NCBI GenBank assembly: GCA_029559035.1
Contig: JAKQCT010000061.1
Coordinates: 94,162 to 158,161, forward strand
DNA length: 64,000 nucleotides
Origin: Acidobacteriota bacterium
GTDB lineage: Bacteria > Acidobacteriota > UBA4820
Direction of reading: 5' to 3'
A program made the translations under genes and the position numbers. Under the pieces are notes generated by a model that ran no database searches, was not told the DNA's origin, and was given only the letters and a program-made list of their open reading frames with translations. Position 1 is the first letter of the stretch. Each line of letters begins with the position of its first letter. This document shows positions 46,129 through 54,096 of the stretch, piece after piece.

Positions 46129-49100
46129 ATGAAAAGATCCTTCGCTTTTCAGGTCTCTTTACTAATGCTGGCGGCGGTCGTACTGGCGGGCGTATCTTCA
46201 TTAGGGCAGGACAAGCTTCTTGCCGGCGGCGGCAGGGTCGATCTTCCGCCCGGCGCGAGCGGCGACTGGTGGTCCACCGTCCAGCAGAACATCATGGAGG
46301 AGGAATACCATTTTTCCCCCTCATCAGGCGAGAAGAACGCCCTCTACCAGGCGCCCAACAGGGCGCATGGTTTCAGGAGCTACTTCAACGAGAAGGGCGT
46401 CAGGCTCGTCCCGAGGACGGAGGAGAAGCCTTCTTGGGAGTTGGGACTGGAGCTTGCCGGAAAGGCTGAAGGCTCAAGGCTGAAGGCTGATGTAAAAGCC
46501 GACGGCGACAGGATCGAGATAAACAGGGGCGATATCGTCGAATGGTACGTCAACGACGAGAACGGACTCGAACAGGGCTTCACGATTTTGAGGCCGCTTC
46601 CCTCTACCGAACCGGGCAAACTGAGCCTCGACATGAAGCTGACGGGCAACCTGCTCCCCCGTTTTTCTGAAGACGGCCTGGAAGTGACATTTTTCAAAGA
46701 GGGGGGTATCAGCGTCCTGAGCTACCGTGAACTGATCGTTAAAGATTCGGAAGGCAGGCTTCTTGCATCCGGTTTTATCCCCATCCGGGGAGGCATCAGG
46801 ATCTCGATCGACGACGATAATGCGATATATCCCATCACCATCGACCCGATGCTTTCTGCTCCCGCCTGGACCTGGGAACCGAACCAGGCTCTCGCGAGTT
46901 TCGGTCAATCCGTCTCATCGGCGGGCGACGTGAACGGCGACGGCTACAGTGATGTCATCATATCGGCGCACAGATACGACAACGGCCAGAACGAAGAAGG
47001 CAGGGTGTATGTCTTTCACGGTTCGGCTTCAGGGCTCTCTTCCAGCCCGGACTGGACCGCGGAATCCGACCAGGCTGAAGCCTATTTCGGACACAGTGTT
47101 TCCACGGCAGGGGATGTGAACGGAGACGGTTACAGCGATGTGATCATCGGCGCGAGATTGTTCGATAACGGACAGACGAACGAAGGAAGGGCTTTTGTCT
47201 ACCACGGATCGTCTTCGGGGCTTTCCCCGACACCCGCATGGACAGCCGAATCCGACCAGGGAGAGGCATTTTTCGGCATGAGCGTTTCGACTGCCGGCGA
47301 CATCAACGGGGACGGATATTCGGATGTCATCGTGGGGGCGCCATATTATCAAAGCGGCGTGCTGGAAGAAGACGAAGGAGCAGTTTTCTTTTATCCCGGC
47401 TCTTCCTCCGGGTTGAGCCCGACTTCCACCTGGAGCAGGCAGGGAAACCTTGCCGGGGCCAATTTCGGGTACAGCGTTTCCAACGCCGGGGATGTGAACG
47501 GTGACGGATACAGCGACATAATTGTCGGAGCCAGATACTATTCCAACGGACAGTCGGAAGAAGGAAGGGTGTATGTCTATCCGGGATCCAACAAGGGTCT
47601 GCAGGCAGCGATCTGGATCAAGGAGCTGGACATAGCGAACGCCAATTTCGGGTACAGCGTCTCGGACGCCGGCGACGTGAACGGCGACGGATACGGAGAC
47701 GTGACCATTGCCGCCCCCGGAACGGCTCTCGCGTATGTCTATCACGGTTCTTCCTCCGGCCCGGGTTCTTCCGCGGCATGGACGGGAACGGGAGCTTCCT
47801 GCGTGTCTTCAGCCGGCGACGCCAACGGCGACGGGTTCGGCGACATCGTAACAGCGTCCGCCGCATACGACAACGGTCAGACAGACGAAGGAGCCGGGTT
47901 CGTCTTTTTCGGGTCGTCTTCGGGGCTTTCCGCGACAGCCGATTGGATCGGGGAGTCAAATCAGACTTACGCCTATCTCGGTAGTTGTTCGTCCGCGGGA
48001 GATGTCAACGGCGACGGTTTCTCGGACATTCTCCTTGGTTCTACCTATTACAGCAACGGAGAAACCTCGGAGGGAAGGGCGTTCCTTTATTATGGAAGCG
48101 GGTCCGGCATCGCCGCAACTCCCTCCGCGGTCCGAGATTCAAATCAGGCGGAGGCTAAATTCGGGACGAGCGTTTCATCGGCAGGCGACGTCAACGGGGA
48201 CGGCTACGGCGACATCCTGGTAGGAGCTCCTTACTACGACAACGGCCAGGCTGACGAAGGCGCCGCTTTTGTCTATTACGGATCATATTCCGGACCATCT
48301 TCAACTCCCGACTGGATCGGGGAATCCAATAACGCTGGAGCGTTGTTCGGCTTCAGCGTGGCTCCCGCGGGCGACATCAACGGCGACGGGTTCGGAGACA
48401 TCCTAGTCGGAGCACCGGAGTTTACCAACGGGCAAGCCGAAGAAGGAGCTACGTTCGCTTATTACGGATCCGCGACCGGGCTCTCTGCGACTCCCGACTG
48501 GACCGTGGAATCTGACCAGGGATACTCATATTTCGGATGCAGTGTCGCCTCCGCAGGTGATGTGAACAGTGACGGCCGACATGATGTTATTGTCGGAGCC
48601 CGTTATTATTATCTTGGCGAGAACTGGGAAGGAGCCGCTTTTGTTTATCACGGATCGGCCGCGGGATTGTCCCTGACCCCCAGCTGGACAGGGCAATCTG
48701 ACCAGGAGGATGCCAGTTACGGTTTCAGCGTTTCCGGCGGAGGGGATATCAACCTCGACGGTTACGACGATATTATCGTCGGCGCTCCCCTTTTCGACAA
48801 CGGAAACACCGACGAGGGCGCCGCATTCGTTTATCTGGGATCGGCCTCCGGCGTCCATTCCTCCCATTACTGGCGGGGCGAATGCAACCAGGACGGCGCC
48901 TGGTATGGATACAGCCTCGCCTCTTTGGGAACTGTCAACAGGGATACCGCCCCGGAGATCGTCATCGGAGCTCCCCGTTATTCGTATGGCAGTTTATCCG
49001 AAGCTGGAAGGGTCGATATCCACACTCTCTACTCGCTTCCCGACCAATCCCCTGAATGGACGACGGGATCTGACCAGGCAGGTGCCATGATGGGTTACTC

Positions 49101-50196
49101 GGTTTCTTCCGCGGGAGATGTCAACGGGGACGGGTTCACGGATTTAGCAATCGGAGCGCCATATTACTCCAACGGCCAGGCCAACGAGGGAAGGGTTTAC
49201 CTCTACTACAGTTCGGCATCCGGATGGTTCGATTCCTATTCGGTCATGGAATCGGACCAAACCGGCGCTTCACTTGGCATGTCGGCAGCTTCGGCGGGAG
49301 ACGTGAACGGGGACGGCATCGGAGACTTCATAACCGGAGTCCCCTGGTATGATAACGGTCAGACCAACGAAGGCGGGGCGTATCTTTTTTACGGAGGTAA
49401 ATCCGGCGGGGCCCAGATTAAACCAAGACAGTTCAGGCCGGATCATTCGGCGCAGATAGTCCCCGCGCTCTATTCCAATTCCGAGGATTCCTTCGCCGTG
49501 AGGTTCAACGCCTTTTCCTACTGCGGAAGGGCGCTCGCTAAGGTGGAATACCAATGGACCGAATACGGTTTCTTCAACCCCGCGAACTACGACACTTACG
49601 AGACCGACTGGATCGATCTTTCAATCCCTGGAACCCAAATGGATCACGTTTTTTCGTCCCTGCTGACCGATCATTTCTTCAAGTGGCGCGCCAGGCTGAA
49701 GTTCCACCCGAAGTACGGAGAACCCATTTTAAGCCGCTGGTATTATGTCCAGGGAAACTCCCTTGAACAATTCGACGTCAGGGTCGGCCTGGATGAAAGC
49801 GGAGACAACGACGGCGACGGAGTTCCCAACGAAACCGACTGCGCCCCTTACGACAACACTGTATGGGCAAGCCCCTCGCAGGCCGTTTCAAACCTTAAGA
49901 TCACGAGGGCTGCCACGGACAACTTTTCATGGTCCATGCCTCCTTCGGGAACATGGGGCTCTACTGCTCTCTCGATCGACATCCTGAGGAGCGACAGCCC
50001 ATCGATGTTCGACGGGAGCCACGCGACCTGCAGGGCGGCGAATCTATCCGACTCCACGGTCGCGTTCACCGACACCGCGGAGCCGATGAGCGGCAATGTC
50101 TGGTTCTACCTTTTAAGGCTCGAGAATGGCTGCGGTACCTTGAGCGGGTTCGATTCCCAAGGAACGCCAAGAGATCCGGACCTTGAATGTAATTGA
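46129..50196 (+). CDS. giant secreted FG-GAP (integrin-alpha-like) repeat protein (14 repeats) with C-terminal FN3-like Cys-bracketed module
   Basis: GAAGGGGG RBS, then signal peptide MKRSFAFQVSLLMLAAVVLAGVSSLG. About 14 repeats of the form FG.SVS.AGDVNGDGY.D...GAP...NG...EG..YV..GS..GL. The C-terminus has CAPYD...SW...C...GNVWFYLLRLENGCG...C, homologous to the Kelch protein C-terminus. Confidence 0.8.
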   Translation: MKRSFAFQVSLLMLAAVVLAGVSSLGQDKLLAGGGRVDLPPGASGDWWSTVQQNIMEEEYHFSPSSGEKNALYQAPNRAHGFRSYFNEKGVRLVPRTEEKPSWELGLELAGKAEGSRLKADVKADGDRIEINRGDIVEWYVNDENGLEQGFTILRPLPSTEPGKLSLDMKLTGNLLPRFSEDGLEVTFFKEGGISVLSYRELIVKDSEGRLLASGFIPIRGGIRISIDDDNAIYPITIDPMLSAPAWTWEPNQALASFGQSVSSAGDVNGDGYSDVIISAHRYDNGQNEEGRVYVFHGSASGLSSSPDWTAESDQAEAYFGHSVSTAGDVNGDGYSDVIIGARLFDNGQTNEGRAFVYHGSSSGLSPTPAWTAESDQGEAFFGMSVSTAGDINGDGYSDVIVGAPYYQSGVLEEDEGAVFFYPGSSSGLSPTSTWSRQGNLAGANFGYSVSNAGDVNGDGYSDIIVGARYYSNGQSEEGRVYVYPGSNKGLQAAIWIKELDIANANFGYSVSDAGDVNGDGYGDVTIAAPGTALAYVYHGSSSGPGSSAAWTGTGASCVSSAGDANGDGFGDIVTASAAYDNGQTDEGAGFVFFGSSSGLSATADWIGESNQTYAYLGSCSSAGDVNGDGFSDILLGSTYYSNGETSEGRAFLYYGSGSGIAATPSAVRDSNQAEAKFGTSVSSAGDVNGDGYGDILVGAPYYDNGQADEGAAFVYYGSYSGPSSTPDWIGESNNAGALFGFSVAPAGDINGDGFGDILVGAPEFTNGQAEEGATFAYYGSATGLSATPDWTVESDQGYSYFGCSVASAGDVNSDGRHDVIVGARYYYLGENWEGAAFVYHGSAAGLSLTPSWTGQSDQEDASYGFSVSGGGDINLDGYDDIIVGAPLFDNGNTDEGAAFVYLGSASGVHSSHYWRGECNQDGAWYGYSLASLGTVNRDTAPEIVIGAPRYSYGSLSEAGRVDIHTLYSLPDQSPEWTTGSDQAGAMMGYSVSSAGDVNGDGFTDLAIGAPYYSNGQANEGRVYLYYSSASGWFDSYSVMESDQTGASLGMSAASAGDVNGDGIGDFITGVPWYDNGQTNEGGAYLFYGGKSGGAQIKPRQFRPDHSAQIVPALYSNSEDSFAVRFNAFSYCGRALAKVEYQWTEYGFFNPANYDTYETDWIDLSIPGTQMDHVFSSLLTDHFFKWRARLKFHPKYGEPILSRWYYVQGNSLEQFDVRVGLDESGDNDGDGVPNETDCAPYDNTVWASPSQAVSNLKITRAATDNFSWSMPPSGTWGSTALSIDILRSDSPSMFDGSHATCRAANLSDSTVAFTDTAEPMSGNVWFYLLRLENGCGTLSGFDSQGTPRDPDLECN
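46464..46492 (+). repeat. in-frame heptanucleotide tract (ggctgaa ggctcaa ggctgaa ggctgat g) inside the FG-GAP gene
   Basis: It is the same heptamer as the intergenic repeat's (GCTGAAG)n block and encodes GKAEGSRLKADVKAD within the N-terminal domain. Confidence 0.6.
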
Positions 50197-50222
50197 CTGT
50201 CTCTGACTATTCACATCGACCT

Positions 50223-50250
50223 GGGCGCGATCCGTCGCGCCCTATTTTTT
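50223..50250 (+). terminator. rho-independent terminator after the FG-GAP gene
   Basis: gggcgcga-tccg-tcgcgccc followed by tatttttt. Overlaps the stop of the convergent small ORF. Confidence 0.5.
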
Positions 50251-50469
50251 CCGCAGCTCCCTTCTTTTCCTGAACCACTCCTCCGCGGCTGTCAGCGCGC
50301 CCGCAGACCATTTGCCGAAGCCGACTCTTGTCATGATCCTGTCCAGGCCGTTTATCATCCAAAGGATCCATCTTTCGGCTGTGAAGACAAGAACGGCCAG
50401 CAGGAAGGCCGCCAGGATGGTCGTGACGAGAAGAATCAGCGTGATCATGGACCCATTATAACCCGTCAA
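50242..50469 (-). CDS. small membrane protein, hypothetical
   Basis: 75 aa with one strong TM helix (ITLILLVTTILAAFLLAVLVF) and a basic C-terminus. Confidence 0.4.
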   Translation of the reverse strand: MTGYNGSMITLILLVTTILAAFLLAVLVFTAERWILWMINGLDRIMTRVGFGKWSAGALTAAEEWFRKRRELRKK

Positions 50470-50470
50470 G

Positions 50471-50734
50471 GGCTGAGAGCTGAAGCCTGACTTCAGTCTG
50501 AAGGCTTAAGGCTGAAGGTTGAAGTTTGATAGGGGAAATGGATTCCATAATTTTAAGCTTTTCAATTTTCAATCTTCAATTTTCAATGCAAGCGCAGCTT
50601 GCCGGGCTGGCGCCAAGGCCTAGGGCTGAAGCCGGATGGCTGAAGTTCTATAAGGAAATGGATTCCATAATTTTGAACTTTTCAATTTTCATTTTTCAAA
50701 TTTCAATGCAAGCGCAGCTTGCCTGATAATCCCC
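50471..50734 (+). repeat. modular intergenic repeat, 2 units (locus R3)
   Basis: ggctgagagctgaag...ctgaaggttgaagtttgataggggaaatggattccataattttaagcttttcaattttcaatcttcaattttcaatgcaagcgcagcttgcc, then a second unit ending caagcgcagcttgcctgataatcccc. Confidence 0.8.
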
Positions 50735-50747
50735 TCAACTGTATAAT
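50719..50747 (+). promoter_or_regulatory. candidate promoter for the AsmA-like gene using the repeat terminus as -35 (TTGCCT-N17-TATAAT)
   Basis: ttgcct 50719-50724 (the end of the repeat hairpin), tataat 50742-50747 preceded by tg. The ATG is at 50821. Confidence 0.35.
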
Positions 50748-50820
50748 CGTTCGGGGTGAAACACGGATGGTGTTTATGAACGAAAAAGAATGACTGCTCT
50801 GAAAGTCAAAGGGTGAAAAG

Positions 50821-52797
50821 ATGAAATTCCTCGCGAAAGTTTTTGTCGGCCTCGGTTTTATTTTTCTTTTTTTCCTGATCGGAGCGGTCGCTCTCTACAT
50901 TTTCGGCGGGAACTGGGCGGTAAATTCCGGGTTCCTGGAAAACCTGCTGAGCCGTCACCCGGAGCGTTTCAAGATCGAATGGGAGTCTGGCAAATTCTCC
51001 ATGCCCGGCACATTCAGGCTCGAAGGACTCGCCATAAAGAGCCGCAGCGCGGGAAGGGAAACCCTCATCAAAGCGGACAAGTGCGAACTCAAGATAAAGC
51101 CTCTCAAGCTCTTCCTCTGCAAGGCGGACTTCAGGGATGCCCGGGCTGAAGGCTTCACCCTCTGGACGAGGCGGAACGGAGAAGCAGGCGCGCGGGACCC
51201 GCTTGCGCCCCCTATAACGGAAAACGCCGGAAACACCGGCCACCACGGAGGGGGCGGAAAAATCGCCTCACCTTGGAGCCTCAGCTTCGGAAAACTTAAG
51301 ATCAACGAAATCCGCGAGATCTGGATAGACTCCTACAGGACCAACGGGGTATGCTCCGCGGAAGCGAACTTCTATTTCCGGATCAGGGGCGCCATGGAAG
51401 CGCGCGACGTACGGTTCTCCCTGAAAGACGCCACCATGAGGAAAGGCGCCGAAACTATCGCCTCGGGACTTGGCCTGGACATTGACGGCAGCATCGACCG
51501 CGTGATTCCGGCGAAACACAAAGGGCGTGCTTTTCTCCGTTTCGTAAACGCCAGATGCAAGGGAAAAGGCGATGTGCGGAGTCTCGGGTTCCTGAACCAG
51601 GCTTTCGGGGATAACGCCCCGGTCAGGTTCACCGGGAACGGAAACCTCCTGATGGACATATCGATAGCTCAAGGAGTCATCGGCCCCGGGTCTTCGCTTT
51701 CATGGAGCGGGAAGGGACTGACCGGCTCATCGGCGGGCGTCTCGGCGAAAGGAGACGGAGCTCTCTCCGGAGGCACCGGCGCCGGCGGAACGGCTTTCTC
51801 GCTGACCGCCAAATGGTCGAAGATCGTTGTTTCCCTGGAAGGTATACCGCCGATCCCGATCGAAGGGCCGGGATTGACCGCGGTCGTCACCACGCCCAGG
51901 CTTGACCTTGCGTCAGACAACGACGATCTTGCCGCGAAGCTTGACCTGCCGGAATCAAGGATATCCAACTTGTCGCTTCTTAACGGCTTGCTTCCCCCTC
52001 AAAGCCCGGTAGCGTTCAGTCCGGGATCGGAGGGCCGTCTCAGGGCCAACCTGGAACTGAAGGACAAGGACCCTCGCGGAGAAGCTTATATCGAAGGGAC
52101 CCGTGTCGGTATCAGCCTCAAGCAGCAGTCCTTGCGCGGCGATTTTCACGCCCTGCTGCGCTTGAGCGGAGGAGACCTCAAGGCGAAGACATTCGACATT
52201 TCAGGGAGCAAATTCGGCCTCGGGAACGCGGACCTGACAAATTCATCCGGTCAGGTTACCGATAGAGGATGGAAGGGAGATGTAGCTCTTTCGGAATCTT
52301 CTCTCAGGCTTTCGGTTCCTGCCGCGATAAAGACGAAGGCAGAAGTGACATTGTCCGACACCCGCCCTGTAATGGCCGCGCTGATACCCGAGAACAAAAT
52401 GTCGAAGTGGCTGGATCCTATCCTCGACATTCCAGATGTGAGAGGCACCGCCGAGATCGAGACCGACGGCAAGAGAACGACCGTCAGGAACGCCGACCTT
52501 CGCGGCCGCGACCTCCGCCTCATCGCGGACCTGACCATGTATGAAGGTCTCACCGAAGGTACGATGCGGGCAGAGTACCACGGCCTCTCGGGGACCATAG
52601 CTTTCAAGGGCCGGGACGTTGAGCTGAACATGGGCGGATTGAAGGTAGGCGGAGACATAGGAACTTTGGGGAAGATCGTAACCGACGTTGTGACAGACGA
52701 TGCGAACGTCGACAAGGCGGTCGGAGCCGCGAAAAAGGGATTGGACAAACTTAAGAAGCGATTCGGGAAGAAAGAAAAGGAAGGCGAGAACAAGTAG
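50821..52797 (+). CDS. AsmA-like / DUF748-type envelope protein (N-terminal TM anchor, long Gly/Ser-rich beta-rich periplasmic region)
   Basis: MKFLAKVFVGLGFIFLFFLIGAVALYIF anchor, followed by an AsmA-like N-terminal segment (ERFKIEWESGKFSMPGTFRLEGLAIKS...). Remote similarity only. Confidence 0.45.
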   Translation: MKFLAKVFVGLGFIFLFFLIGAVALYIFGGNWAVNSGFLENLLSRHPERFKIEWESGKFSMPGTFRLEGLAIKSRSAGRETLIKADKCELKIKPLKLFLCKADFRDARAEGFTLWTRRNGEAGARDPLAPPITENAGNTGHHGGGGKIASPWSLSFGKLKINEIREIWIDSYRTNGVCSAEANFYFRIRGAMEARDVRFSLKDATMRKGAETIASGLGLDIDGSIDRVIPAKHKGRAFLRFVNARCKGKGDVRSLGFLNQAFGDNAPVRFTGNGNLLMDISIAQGVIGPGSSLSWSGKGLTGSSAGVSAKGDGALSGGTGAGGTAFSLTAKWSKIVVSLEGIPPIPIEGPGLTAVVTTPRLDLASDNDDLAAKLDLPESRISNLSLLNGLLPPQSPVAFSPGSEGRLRANLELKDKDPRGEAYIEGTRVGISLKQQSLRGDFHALLRLSGGDLKAKTFDISGSKFGLGNADLTNSSGQVTDRGWKGDVALSESSLRLSVPAAIKTKAEVTLSDTRPVMAALIPENKMSKWLDPILDIPDVRGTAEIETDGKRTTVRNADLRGRDLRLIADLTMYEGLTEGTMRAEYHGLSGTIAFKGRDVELNMGGLKVGGDIGTLGKIVTDVVTDDANVDKAVGAAKKGLDKLKKRFGKKEKEGENK

Positions 52798-52805
52798 ACA
52801 ACGGG

Positions 52806-53056
52806 GCGGAAGACTGACGGCTGGCGCCAAGTATGAAGGCGGACTAGCTAGGAGGCGGGGAAGCTAGGAAGCTTGAAAGCTCCATAAGGAAATATATTCC
52901 ACAATTTTAATATTTTCATTTTTCAATCTTCAATTTTCAATTCAGGCGAAGCCATACGGCTATCGCCAGCGCTGAAGGCTGAAGGCTGAAGGTTCAATAG
53001 GGAAAATGATTTCTTAATTTTTCAATCTTCAATTTTCAATTCAGGCGAAGCCTGCT
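52806..53056 (+). repeat. modular intergenic repeat, 2 units (locus R4)
   Basis: ...ccataaggaaatatattccacaattttaatattttcatttttcaatcttcaattttcaattcaggcgaagcc..., then gcgctgaaggctgaaggctgaaggttcaatagggaaaatgatttcttaatttttcaatcttcaattttcaattcaggcgaagcctgc, ending at the adh stop. Confidence 0.8.
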
Positions 53057-54096
53057 CAGCTCAGTGTCAGCACCTTCGCGCCCCTGATCTGCCTCTGCTT
53101 GATCTGCTTGAGGGCCGTCACGGCGTCTTCAAGGTGAAAGAGCTCGACCTGAGGCTTGATGCCGAATTTATCCGCGAGCTTCAGGAATTCGTCGATGTCT
53201 TTCCTGGTCACGTTGGCCACGCTCTTGATTTCTTTCTCCTGCCAGAGGTGTTTTCCGTAATCCAGCAGCATCAGCCCCCCCTTGTCCGTGTTCTCTTTTC
53301 TTATGGCGTTGATAACAAGCCTTCCCCCCGGCTGAAGATTCTCCATGGCGCATACTACCGTTTTCCACACGGGAGTGGTGTCGATCACCGCCTTCATTCT
53401 CGCGGGGGGCTTGTCCGAAATGTCGCCCGTCCATTCCGCCCCGAGTTCTTTCGCGAACGCCCTCTCCTTGGCGCTTCTTGCGAAGACATAGAACCTGTTC
53501 TCCGGGTAGAGCGACTTGGCCAGCTTGAGAACAAGGTGCGCCGAAGCGCCGAACCCAGTGAACCCCAGATGGTCCCCCTCCTTTATGCCCGAGAGCTTGA
53601 GCGACCTGTATCCCACTGCTCCCGCGCAGAGTAGTGGCGCGGTCTCCTCGTCGGTCAAGCTGCGCGGCACCTTGAAGGCGAAGTTCTCGTCCGCGACCAT
53701 GTACTCGGCGTACCCGCCGTCCATGTCCCTTCCGGTCGCGATGTAACCCTCGCATAGGTTCTCCATCCCGCCCCGGCATTTCTCGCATTTCCCGCACGCC
53801 CAGCCTATCCATCCTACTGCGGCTCTTTCCCCAATCGTGAACTTGCGGGCGCTCGTGCCCCTCGCGACGACAGTCCCGACCACCTGGTGTCCCGGAATTA
53901 CGGGGAATTCCGGCGGAGGCGTCCTCCCCTCTATCTCGTCGAGTTCCGTGTGGCAGACGCCCGATGCCGAGACCTTGACGAGTATCTCGTTCGTCTTCGG
54001 CTCGGGGACCTCGCACTCGATCAGGTCCAGCAGGCGCCTGTCGTCGAGCACGCTTCCCGTCCTGTTTATCACCCACGCCCGCATCTTAGAAGGCAT
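53056..54096 (-). CDS. zinc-dependent alcohol dehydrogenase (MDR family)
   Basis: GVCHTELDEIEG (catalytic Zn), structural-Zn Cys cluster CGKCEKCRGGMENLC, GxGxxG-like NAD site. Confidence 0.85.
   Translation of the reverse strand: MPSKMRAWVINRTGSVLDDRRLLDLIECEVPEPKTNEILVKVSASGVCHTELDEIEGRTPPPEFPVIPGHQVVGTVVARGTSARKFTIGERAAVGWIGWACGKCEKCRGGMENLCEGYIATGRDMDGGYAEYMVADENFAFKVPRSLTDEETAPLLCAGAVGYRSLKLSGIKEGDHLGFTGFGASAHLVLKLAKSLYPENRFYVFARSAKERAFAKELGAEWTGDISDKPPARMKAVIDTTPVWKTVVCAMENLQPGGRLVINAIRKENTDKGGLMLLDYGKHLWQEKEIKSVANVTRKDIDEFLKLADKFGIKPQVELFHLEDAVTALKQIKQRQIRGAKVLTLS

Noticed and set aside
46464-46492. The heptamer tract as a disruptive repeat insertion (pseudogenisation) of the FG-GAP gene
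   Set aside because: The reading frame is maintained through the tract, and a full 1361-aa protein with signal peptide and terminator is encoded. A phase-variation switch or exaptation is more plausible.
53168-54076. 302-aa minus-strand ORF (and 53134..53634 +)
   Set aside because: It is an alternate frame of the Zn-ADH gene and is Arg/Gly-rich.
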